From: Stramenopiles sp. TOSAG23-3
Lineage: Eukaryota
NCBI GenBank assembly: GCA_900128585.1
Contig: LT642171.1
Location: forward strand, 1 to 44,872
Reading direction: 5' to 3'
Length of the DNA stretch: 44,872 nt
Shown here: positions 1-10,000 of the stretch, piece by piece
Layout: every line of letters starts with the position of its first letter
Numbering within the stretch: the stretch's first letter is position 1
Notes under the pieces: model-generated
Databases searched by the model: none
Seen by the model: only the letters and a program-made list of their open reading frames with translations
Told to the model about the DNA's origin: nothing
Made by a program: the position numbers and the translations under genes

Positions 1-385
1 TAGTGAAGTTAGTTGTTGACTTTTTAAAAATTAGAGAAAGAAGAAGATGATTGATTCGTCGTCGTTCTACATATTAATAGAAGTAATAAGAAGAAAAAAA
101 AGATAGATTTTTCTTCCTAATTTTTTTTTCTTTCTTCTTCTTCTTCTTCAAATTCACCGCCGCCATTGAGTGTAGTATTAATAAATGTAGTATTATTTTT
201 TTTATCATGATGATCTGAAAATGATTCGATTCGATTAAAAATTGCTTGATGGTTGGCATGAAAAAGGAAAAATTAAGACATACTGAATCAAGTACAGTTG
301 CCTTTCATTTCAAAAATATCCAAAAATTAATATATTTCATTGTTGATCTTTGTACACAAACGCATAAATTTTATATTCAACAACC

Positions 386-1780
386 ATGTTTGGGAAACTT
401 GCACAACGAAGCTTACGACCGCTGCTCCAAGGCAAGTCCGCCTACCCCCGGGCATTCCTGTCTACGACACCGTTCAACAAGACATCTTTCCGGGAGCCTG
501 ACCCGGTGAAGCCACGGTTGGTATTAGCATACAGTGGTGGTCTTGATACGTCTGCCCAGCTCAGCTGGCTAGTCAACGAAAAGGGTTTCGAGGTCTGTGC
601 CTACATTGCAGATTTAGGCCAAGACGACGTCCTGGACCCCTCGGACGTGGAGGCGATAAGCGCGAAGGCAAAGCAGAGCGGTGCGTACGCGTTTTACTGC
701 GAGGATATCCGCAAAGAGTTTGTCACAGATTTTGTGTTCAAGTCTATCCGGGCAAATGGCGTGTACGAAGGCAGGTATTTGATGGGAACATCTATCGCGC
801 GACCCATGATTGGGAAACGCCAGATGGAAGTCGTTGCCAACGAAGGTGCTAAATACGTGTCCCACGGGTCTACTGGGAAAGGAAACGACCAGGTACGCTT
901 TGAAATGTGCTACTATTCCATTGATCCGACGGTGGAATGCGTGACCCTGTGGCGTGATCCTGAATACCTGGGAAAGTTTAAGGGTAGATTGGACCTTATT
1001 GAGTATGCCGAACAGATGAACATTCCGGTTGGGGCAACGAAAAAGCATTCGTACAGTGAAGACGAAAACTTGATGCACATTTCGTACGAAAGTGGGGAGT
1101 TAGAAGACCCCTCCTTTCCCGGCCACAAAGAGGAATACCCAGGAATGGTATTGAAAAAAAAAACGAGGGATATCAAGGACTGCCCGGATGAGCCTGCAAA
1201 ACTCACCATAGACTTTGAAGCTGGAACCCCTGTCCGCGTCCACAATTACGACGATGGCACGGAGCACACGGATCCGTTGGACTTATATTTGTACTTGAAC
1301 GAAATCGGTGGGGTCCACGGGGTGGGGCGCATTGACATCGTGGAAAACCGATTCGTCGGCATGAAATCGCGGGGATGCTACGAAACCCCAGGAGGGGAAA
1401 TTTTGCAACGTGCTCACTTGGATTTGGAAACCTTGACCATGGACCGAGAGGTCATGAGAATACGAGACAGCCTGTCCTTGAAGTTCACGGAGCTTTGCTA
1501 CAATGGCTACTGGTACTCACCAGAGATGGATTTTGTTAACCACGCAATGGACTACGCACAAAGAAACGTGACAGGATCCGTTGACATTCAGCTGCACAAA
1601 GGCAATGTTATCAACAGAGGCCGCTCGTCGCCCATCCATTCCTTGTATAACCAAGACCTAGTGAGCATGGATATTGAAGGAGGATTCGACGCCACCATCA
1701 GTACAGGGTTCATCAAAACGCTCTCGACAAGGATCAAAGCCAGTAAGCGAAGGGATGAGATTTTGGCTGACAACCAGTAG
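386..1780 (+). CDS. ASS1: Argininosuccinate synthase with a predicted mitochondrial-type N-terminal extension
   Basis: Family motifs VLAYSGGLDTS, HGSTGKGNDQVRFE, YSEDENLMHISYE and ENRFVGMKSRGCYETPG are present. The first ~35 aa are Arg/Lys/Ser/Leu-rich with no acidic residues. Confidence 0.97.
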   Translation: MFGKLAQRSLRPLLQGKSAYPRAFLSTTPFNKTSFREPDPVKPRLVLAYSGGLDTSAQLSWLVNEKGFEVCAYIADLGQDDVLDPSDVEAISAKAKQSGAYAFYCEDIRKEFVTDFVFKSIRANGVYEGRYLMGTSIARPMIGKRQMEVVANEGAKYVSHGSTGKGNDQVRFEMCYYSIDPTVECVTLWRDPEYLGKFKGRLDLIEYAEQMNIPVGATKKHSYSEDENLMHISYESGELEDPSFPGHKEEYPGMVLKKKTRDIKDCPDEPAKLTIDFEAGTPVRVHNYDDGTEHTDPLDLYLYLNEIGGVHGVGRIDIVENRFVGMKSRGCYETPGGEILQRAHLDLETLTMDREVMRIRDSLSLKFTELCYNGYWYSPEMDFVNHAMDYAQRNVTGSVDIQLHKGNVINRGRSSPIHSLYNQDLVSMDIEGGFDATISTGFIKTLSTRIKASKRRDEILADNQ

Positions 1781-1980
1781 ATAACGGTAGTCGGTTGGCG
1801 CGAATGGTTCTCCTGCCGCGATTTAATTGAATTTAGCAACACAGAAGTAGTGATTGGATCAGGGAACGCAGTAAATTTAATAGGTATTTTGCGTGTTGAT
1901 AGAGTATTTACGAATTATTTTCTTGCGAAAGAGTACACGAGTACGAGTACTTCGTATGAGTTAAATAAAATTGGTTTTTA

Positions 1981-2315
1981 AAAACAGCCAGCACCAGAAA
2001 GAGGCCTGTCGGTCAAACACCACCAAAAACCGCTCCGTTTGAAAGCAAGTTGATAATTACCATCGCCTTAATGTAAGACCTTCCTTTATCTGCACCTGTT
2101 ATACCATGAATTTGCCACATTTGGGTCAGATTCAAATACACCGACGTTATTCCGGGCACCAACAACATAAAACAAACCTTCGCCCTGTTCGACCACCCTT
2201 CCTTCCAAGAAACTAATTTTGCGCCCGACGCGACCATATAATCCCAACACTTGAAAGAAAGCCATCCAAAGAATGTGAACTTTACCAACTCCGTCATCTT
2301 TTCAGTATTCGGCAT
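1981..2315 (-). pseudogene. Possible fragment or relic of a multi-pass membrane protein
   Basis: A 100-aa hydrophobic ORF (2013..2315) has several TM-like stretches. Hydrophobic sequence (PTGLFLVLAVF) continues in frame after the TGA at 2013-2015. Confidence 0.3.
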
Positions 2316-2862
2316 TGTCCTTTTCGGGTCTCTTTTATTGCACTGGACTGGATTTAGCTGGAATAAAAGTCTGACGGATTTATTAAACTATGCACTAAAA
2401 TTTGCAGTTCTTGGCAGTGTGTTGAGCTTTGTTGCACCACCAAATTTGTTTGCCAAGGAGAGGAGCTGGGTTCAATGTGATAATAAATGATGACCTTTTT
2501 TTTGCTGTGTTATCTATTATTCCTATGTTTAATTAGACTATATATAAACACAGCATCAATATTATCACAACAGAGACGAAACCATTGCGGATTGCGGATG
2601 CAAGAAGTATCTTTGGCGCGGAATTGAAAAAGTGCAAACGATATCTATGTACGAAGTACACGTCGATCGAATAAAAAAAACCATATTATATCGAATATTA
2701 TATAATCCAAATACCGCCGTAAAAAGCAATGCAGACGACTAGTCCTAGTAGATTCTTTCGGAATTGCCTGTGTTGTTCTTACTACGCCCGGAGGAATCTA
2801 TATGCCTCGATTATAAAAAAACACTTCTGTGCTAATTCCCTGCATTAGTTAAAAATTACTTT

Positions 2863-3657
2863 TTATTCCCGCAAAAAGTCAAGGACGTAGTCGTAGGTTG
2901 GTAAGACGGTGGCTGCAACTGGAATGGCACGCAAAAGGCATGGCATGAGTCCTCTGTAAAATCCGGCAATCCCGTTTTGTTGAAAAATGTCCCTGGCGAC
3001 TGAGCCGGCAGTTGTGCTGGAGCCTCGTTTGGCACTCAAGACCCTGCTTCGAAGGGTGTCCAACGGGTAAATACAGGTCCACCCTGCCACGCCTGCCGTG
3101 GAACCGGACAACAGCCGGACAACGAGATTGCTTTCTTCAGAATCAAATCTACGGGACAAGTGTTCCTTCGATTTGATGTACGTCGTGTAATATACGCCGC
3201 TACCCAATGCTTCCAAGCCAGTGTGAAGGAAAAATCCTGGCTTCCACAAGTTTGTGTTCAAAAATGACCAGTACCGCCTGGCACGGGCACCTTTGTGCAC
3301 CTGTTTTTGGAGCTTGAGAACGTGCACGACTTGCGTCAACGGGGCCGTTATCATAGACGCCCCGCAGCCCGCAACAAAGCAATTCATCCAGGTGTACGGC
3401 AATATTCTCTTCTCGTTAAGACCGTCTCGAAACGTTTGCCACAGACCGAAATTCAACGCTCGAACGAAACCGCTGGTCACGAGCGGCGGCCCGATGCCCC
3501 GATAAAGCCCGACGACGTGGCTCAATTTATTTTTAACTTTAACATCGATCCCAACCTGTTGCATTACCTTGCTAGTATCAAAAGGCTGCCCAACTATTGT
3601 TCCAGCGCACCCAGAGATGCAACCCGCAATAAACGCATCTGGAGCAGGCAGGGACAT
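2863..3657 (-). CDS. Mitochondrial carrier family (SLC25) protein, basic amino acid/carnitine carrier-like
   Basis: Carrier signatures GQPFDTSK, GLYRGIGPPL, IYPLDTLRSR and GFYRG...LLRAIP, with a three-repeat layout of ~264 aa. Confidence 0.92.
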   Translation of the reverse strand: MSLPAPDAFIAGCISGCAGTIVGQPFDTSKVMQQVGIDVKVKNKLSHVVGLYRGIGPPLVTSGFVRALNFGLWQTFRDGLNEKRILPYTWMNCFVAGCGASMITAPLTQVVHVLKLQKQVHKGARARRYWSFLNTNLWKPGFFLHTGLEALGSGVYYTTYIKSKEHLSRRFDSEESNLVVRLLSGSTAGVAGWTCIYPLDTLRSRVLSAKRGSSTTAGSVARDIFQQNGIAGFYRGLMPCLLRAIPVAATVLPTYDYVLDFLRE

Positions 3658-3894
3658 TGCAACAAGGGGAGCCTGGGGAGGGGGGGGGCTTTGTGTTCGA
3701 TCAATTCAAAAGTAGCGGCTCCCTGGTTCTCAGCCAATGCACATAATAATACAATTTTTTTTTTACCACAGCCTCTAATCACCGTAAGACCGTAACTTCA
3801 AAGCAAATGTTGAGAACAAACACAGAGCATACATTCAACAATTTAATATCCCTACTTTTTCTTCTGCATACGTTTGTTTTTAAATCACCATCCA

Positions 3895-4025
3895 TCAATT
3901 TTTTTTCTACTTCTTTCTTCTTTCTTCTTCTTCTTTCTTCTTCTTTCTTCTTCTTCTTCTTCTTTCTTCTTCTTCTTCTTCTTCTTCTTCTCTTCTTCTT
4001 CTTCTTCTTCTTCTTCTTCTCGCTC
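3895..4025. repeat. (TTC)n/(GAA)n polypyrimidine-polypurine microsatellite
   Basis: About 130 bp of almost pure ttc/tttc units between divergent genes. Confidence 0.95.
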
Positions 4026-4382
4026 CTCCGTCCAACTCGTTCTTCTTTGTTGTTATTATATTTTTTATTATACTCGTTCTTCTTTGTTGTTATTATATCT
4101 CTTACTTATTATATTGATGTTTTTCACTTTCACTTTCGTTGCTGTTTGCTGTTTGCTGTTCCTTTTGTACGGTATTATTTTAGAGTTGTTGGACTATTAT
4201 TAGGGGCTACCGGTAATATCCTGTGTAGTATAACATTTAAAATTTAATTGTTCGACTGTTCGAAAGGTTATTTATATTGTTGTGGGCAGGGATTAAAATC
4301 ACACCCGTGTTGCGTCTTTCTGTCTTCTTCGTTCGTTTTTTTGTGTGATTCGTGTTTTATTGAAGAAGAATACTGCTGCAGC

Positions 4383-5165
4383 ATGTTGCACGGTTTACGA
4401 CAGACTGGGGTGCAAGCTCTTCGAAGGAGCGGTTTGCGCCGTCCCCCTTGCCTTCCAAAGTTTCGCTCTTTGGTTACTGTGACGGAGCACGGCGACAACA
4501 ACGAAATTGCGTGCATAAAGATGGACGATGGCAAGATGAATGCGTTTTCGTTCGAGATGATAAAAGAAGTGCACAACGCACTCGATACCTGCAAGGACGC
4601 CGGCGCAGTTGTGTACACGGGAAACGAAAAATGCCTTTCGGCGGGGTTCGACCTGTCCGTTATGGGGAAAGGGCCCTCGAAAGATGCTGGGGAAATGCTT
4701 CGACAAGGGTGCGATTTGATGATCCGGATAGCTGAATTCCCCCGGCCAATACTCTTGGCGGTGACTGGGCACGCGATGGCACTCGGCGCAATCCTGCTGT
4801 TTACGGGCGACCTTAGAGTGGGCCCAGCCGGGTCAAATGCAAAAGTAGGCCTGAACGAGGTGCACATCGGCATGCCGCTGCCGAAAGTAGGGATCGAATT
4901 AGCACGCTGGCGGCTGGCCCCGAACTATTTGTCCAGAGCGACCACCTTGGGAAATATATACACGCCGGAAGAGGCCGTTCACGTCGGGTACTTGGACGAG
5001 GTCGTTGCGAAAGAAAACGTCGTGGATTACACGATCGAGCAGGCAGGAAATTATTCGGGTATCAAGACGGTCCCCTTCAAGGCAACGAAAGACAACGAGC
5101 GACAGGCGATGCTGGACCTGTGTCGCATCGGTATGGTGGACGATGTTGCGATGTTTTCGGGGTGA
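4383..5165 (+). CDS. Enoyl-CoA hydratase/isomerase (crotonase superfamily, probable delta3-delta2 isomerase type), mitochondrial
   Basis: Motifs MDDGKMNAFS, SAGFDL, GHAMALGA, GLNEVHIG and EAVHVGYLDEVV. The first ATG is at 4383 (MLHGLRQ..., Arg-rich presequence). The ORF-track start at 4248 is a TTG and probably not used. Confidence 0.92.
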   Translation: MLHGLRQTGVQALRRSGLRRPPCLPKFRSLVTVTEHGDNNEIACIKMDDGKMNAFSFEMIKEVHNALDTCKDAGAVVYTGNEKCLSAGFDLSVMGKGPSKDAGEMLRQGCDLMIRIAEFPRPILLAVTGHAMALGAILLFTGDLRVGPAGSNAKVGLNEVHIGMPLPKVGIELARWRLAPNYLSRATTLGNIYTPEEAVHVGYLDEVVAKENVVDYTIEQAGNYSGIKTVPFKATKDNERQAMLDLCRIGMVDDVAMFSG

Positions 5166-5612
5166 GCGTTTAGTAAGGCATACGGGGGGTACAATTTCGT
5201 TCGATCTCTACCCGCTACCCGCGGTGTGGGGAGTGAGCACATCACGCACATATTTTACATTTCCTGTACGTGCGTGCTAAAACCAAGCAACGATTATTAT
5301 TGATTATACTATAAAAACAAGAAACTCATCATTATGATCATCATAATACGTTTTGGGATAGAGCCAGGCCTCAACAAAACAATAATAGCCGCTGTCTCAA
5401 ACAATTTTATGTTAGTTTGAATGATGAATACCAGAAGTCTTATTCTGGAACAAGGAGGAGTTTGGGTTCTTTATTAAAACATACTTATATAATTTTTTTT
5501 CTTCTTATATTTGTTTTTTATTGATTATTTTGTCTTTTTTTATAAATACCTTATATCCCCTTACTTTCTACACCGGCGTCCCCACCCCTAACCCCACCGA
5601 AATACGTCCCCT

Positions 5613-6134
5613 TTACTTCAGCTCATTCCCACGAATCCTGCGCGCAAGTTGAATATCTTTTGGCATGAGCGTCACGCGCTTCCCATGAATGGCGCATAAG
5701 TTTGCATCCTCAAAAACGTGGACCAAGTAGGTCTCTGCCGCAGTCTGCAACGCCTCCAAGGCGGCAACTTGCCACTTACTAGCATACTTCTTGCTGCTCT
5801 TGTCGGAGAACGTGGAAGAAATTTCTCGGACCAACCGTGCAAAGGGTAACCGTCGGATTAAGAGATCTGTGCTGGCCTGGTACTTTCTAATCTCTTCCAG
5901 CGCCCTTGGCACTCTTGGAAGGTTCCTATACGCTGCCAAATGGGCCGCTCTATTTCTCCGTGGCGTCCTTGATTTCCGCTTCCTGGAGGAAGACCCCTCC
6001 CCACTGCCCCGGGCCGTTGGCGAAGGACTCCCCCGGGCTTGCTGTGTGGCAGCCTCCGCAGAACGCAGGGGCGACGAACGCAGGGGCGACGAACGAAGCG
6101 GGGAGGCACTGTTTATACTATCGATATCGGACAT
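5613..6134 (-). CDS. CENH3: Centromeric histone H3 variant (CenH3/CENP-A)
   Basis: H3 histone fold (EIRKYQ.STDLLI..LPF.RLVREI ... [24 protein letters not shown]) with CenH3 hallmarks: PFAR instead of PFQR, a lengthened loop 1, W instead of F (KWQ), EDANL instead of EDTNL, and a non-canonical N-tail. Confidence 0.9.
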   Translation of the reverse strand: MSDIDSINSASPLRSSPLRSSPLRSAEAATQQARGSPSPTARGSGEGSSSRKRKSRTPRRNRAAHLAAYRNLPRVPRALEEIRKYQASTDLLIRRLPFARLVREISSTFSDKSSKKYASKWQVAALEALQTAAETYLVHVFEDANLCAIHGKRVTLMPKDIQLARRIRGNELK

Positions 6135-7072
6135 GCTTCGCTATAATGTATACAATGTTGTTAGCAAGACGTAAATGGCACCGGTGCTTGTTTGCAAAAC
6201 TACGAGATGTCTGGCACGAACGGGGGTGGCCGTTTGAACAGTCAGGTAGATGGTACGGCCAAAAGGTTTGTTTTCTCAAAACAACAAAGCAATATGTGTT
6301 GTGTATAATGCAATCGCTCCGCTTTCTTTCCTTTCGTTACTTTCAGGCAGATTTTCACTTTTTTACAGAGAGGTATCTCACTCTCCCATTCTTCCAATCT
6401 GTGAGTATTATATGCAATCATCTTAGTATTTACAAAAAAAAAGCAAGAAGAAGGGAAAAAAAAATCAAACTGTCGAAATTTACAACGTATTCTTTTTCTC
6501 TTTTTACCTATAAGACAGTACAATATATTTCAATTTCAAACGAACAAAAATAAATTTATATCGCCAATTAATATAGAAATAGCATTGGCATTGACTTAGA
6601 ATTTTTCCTAACGATCGTTTTTGAATGAAGCTTTTGGTGAAGGAAGGCAAAGAAAGACAGCTTTGCCTATATAAAATGAAATAGTATAATGATTATAATA
6701 TATAAGTATCTAATAAGGACGAAGAGAGGACTCTTGTAAAAACCATCATCATATCATCGATCTTTACTTTACGGCTATCCAGTTGGATGTACAGAAAGTA
6801 CATCCAACTAAAATCGAGATCATCTTCTCTTCAATTTTCTTTCTTCTCCAAGACAAACGCAACTTACATGTAACGTGCATGTGAATATTTTACAATCTTC
6901 TTTCTATCTTATCTGCCCAGGTGAGCAAAAATATTTCTCCCCTTCATTCTTCAGAATTTTCCTTGCTTTTGTTCGTTCGGCGTGGGTGACGTCGGACCCA
7001 ATTTTTGCTCTGTTCTGGACATTGTTGTTGTGGTTGTAGTGTGGGAATAGTTCGTCCAGCGGTTTAGTAACC

Positions 7073-10000
7073 ATGAGTTGGTCTTGGATGAAATCCTACT
7101 TGGTCTCTCGCAGGCTGAAAAAAGAGTGGGCAGCTTTTCAGCAGCAGGACAGCAACAGTGCGGACGCGTCGGGCAATTCTTCGACATCTCAAAGGACCGT
7201 GGACGAAGTGTCGAGGGCAAAATTGGGGACCTTTGTGAAGGACTTCTGCGAGTGCCATAAAGACGCGTTCCCCAGTTTTTCGGAGGGCCTGGACGAGCAA
7301 GCGAGCGAGACGTGGTCCTCGGACTCCTTGTACGGGGACTGCTCCCCGCTTTTGCTGGGCATCGTTGACATTCTGCCGCGGCTGGCCCACAGCAAGAAAA
7401 AATCGACGCTTTCTGTGGTCGTCGACAACAGATCCGACCCCGACTACGCGGAGGGAAAAGAGGGCGCGGGCATCGGTGTGGAAGAGCTGGTCACGGGGTG
7501 CTTCTCGGTCCTTGACATCATTTTATTCGACAACAAATACATCAATATAGCGGTAAGCCAGGTGATAAACAGCGATGGCGGTGGCCCGTACATTGTGAAT
7601 GTCCTCGTGAACGCGATGCAAAAGGTGAGCAGCAACGGGGCGAAAGTCGTCATACTGCGCATCATCAATAGAATAGCACGCAAAAACAAGGAGAACAGGC
7701 TGCTCATCCGCCGGATCAAGGGGTTCAACAAGATTTACAAGCTGTTGAAAGTAGGGGACGATGCACTGTCCGAAGAGATTTTGCGGACAATAAAGATTTT
7801 TCTAATCGACCGTGACCGGGAAGCGATCGCGGGCTTGACCGAGGCTGGCCTGAAGCTTCCAGGGGCGCACAAAAACAGCGCCAGTGACAAAACGGGGAGT
7901 GGGGGAATAACCGAACGCGTCGTCGCGGAGATCGGCCGCTTGGTGGGGTGGGGGTACCACCCGAACAACGAGAAGGCTGGGCGCTCCAACAAAGCAACGC
8001 TTGGGAACGATGCTGTCATTGTGAAGAGCTTCCCCCCCTTGGAAAAACGATTGAAACGCGTGCTCCAAGAAGCAAAACAAAAGATCGAAAACTGCAGTAC
8101 GGTAAAGAACAACATAAACAATAGTTTCGAAGGGCGGGCCGGGGAAAACATTGGAACGGACTCGCGAAAGTCAAGCCAAACGGAGCAGGACGAGCAGGCA
8201 TTGGCGACCTTGACGACAGTCTTGCAGAAATTTGTCCGGGGCGATGGTGACGTCAAGGGGGAGCGGGCGATAGAAGTCCTTCTTACGATACACATGCTTC
8301 TCTTGCGAAAGGCTGGGTTGCACGTCACATTTTTGAAAATTGGGGGCTACGAAGTGCTGGAGCAGCTGCCCAAATGGTTGCTGTCCGGCAGTCCCAGCGA
8401 GCCGTCCGTCGAACGCCTGGAGACGTTTTTTAAGATATTATTGGCAATGACAATAGATTGTGAATATACTGCCCTAGGTGTCAAGGCAGCGACGGCGTCA
8501 ACCGTAGAACAAAACGGCTGGGGGTCGTCGCCCGGGGGTTCTGGCGCGCGGGGAGACCAAGCGGAAACGAAGGAGAAAGCAAAGGTTGACCCAGGGGGCG
8601 AACCGCCCGACGTTTTCGAGAAAGAACCATTCTTGGTAGAAGACATATGCGCACTGCAAGCGCTCTCCAACATAGTTGACCGAGACAAAGACCCCCGGGT
8701 CATCTGCTTTGCCATAAGGTGCATTTATAACATCGTTTCGATCAACCCCAGCAATGTGGTGTATGTCAACGAGCTTTGCATCAACGAGAAAATTTTGAAC
8801 ATTCTTTCTGTCCCTGCAACAAATTTTGCTGTTGGAAAACCCGGCGGCGCTGGGATGCAACGGGCCTTTGAATTGATGAAAGAAACGGATCTACTGCTGC
8901 GTTACCTGTATGTATTGAACGGTAATATTGATCAGGGTATACTGGTGTCTTACATACAGATCTTGCAGCAGAGCTACGCGTATTCGCAGCGTGAGAAGAT
9001 CATCAATGACCAGTTCGTGAATTATGAGAGCCCAATGTCGACGGCCACACACATGAACATTCTGCTGGAAGGAATCAGCGGAATGCTGTCAGACAATCAC
9101 CATCGCGGCATTTTTGCAAATATAACGGCGTCGCCCGTGATATTAGAAATTTTGAGGTTCCAGCTAAGGTTTGTCCGCCGGAGACTGGTTTCAAAGCGGG
9201 ACGATATCGAAACTGTGACGAGCGCAGACGGGCCCCCTCAGAATGAAACCGCCGATGGAACATCGGAAGAAATGGACGACGACCCGGAAGTGCGAGCCCG
9301 GAAAGAAGTTGTGGATATTGTTGCGAAAAATGTGCTCATCACGTTGGAGATTCTTGCCCTCTTGATTCTTAGAGATTCTGTCGAGGAGTACGATGCCTTT
9401 CACTCCGTCCAAGGATGGCGCTTAATTCTAGACGTTATCCAGGCAGGGAATGACTTTAATCGGGCCATGATGGGAATAGGGCGGACGTCGCGTCGCCGCC
9501 GTGGCAAGGGGATAACGTCAAGCACCCTGCAGCAGCCGGTAAGTGAATTGGCATTATGGCTCTTGCGTGAAATCGTACTCGTTGGGTCCAGGAGAGAAGA
9601 AGAGAGCTTGGAGTCTGGCGGGGGGGGGATACCGTGGGTTGTTCGTCTGCTACGAGAGGCTTGGCCCAAAACAACCCTGGACCTCTTGCAGCCAGGGACT
9701 GCGTCCAGGAACCACGCCAGCTCGTCCTTCAGTGCGGGCGCGTACGAAAGTTTGTCGGACGAAGACTCGGATGACAACGACGAGGAAGACGCCTGGGCGC
9801 ACACTGGAACCTCGTCAGGGACTTCGTCTCTTCGCTTAGCGTTGCTGCAAGCTGTAACTTTGCTTTTTTCTACGCCATCGGTCCAGAAAACACCTCCACT
9901 GGTGCATATGGACTCGGCAGGGCACACAGTTCCGCTATTGAGTCTGGAGCTTTCTGCTATCGGAAGGACAGACAGCGCGCAAGTTCCAGTAGGCCATTGT

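Noticed and set aside
2013-2015. TGA reassigned to Trp genome-wide
   Set aside because: TGA terminates well-conserved genes here (enoyl-CoA isomerase, SMC3, SUOX), and Trp is encoded by TGG in them.
3807-4247. Poly-F/L/S and poly-K/E/R ORFs here and at 19879-20228, 21582-22119, 28734-29446, 35032-35304, 36401-36625 and 40719-41052
   Set aside because: They are translations of TTC/GAA microsatellites, which lack stop codons, and are not credible proteins.
4248-4382. TTG/GTG-initiated N-terminal extensions in the ORF track (also 20470, 22257, 27144, 34904, 41463, 44552)
   Set aside because: This is a eukaryotic locus, and the first in-frame ATGs give more plausible starts, including sensible targeting peptides in several cases.
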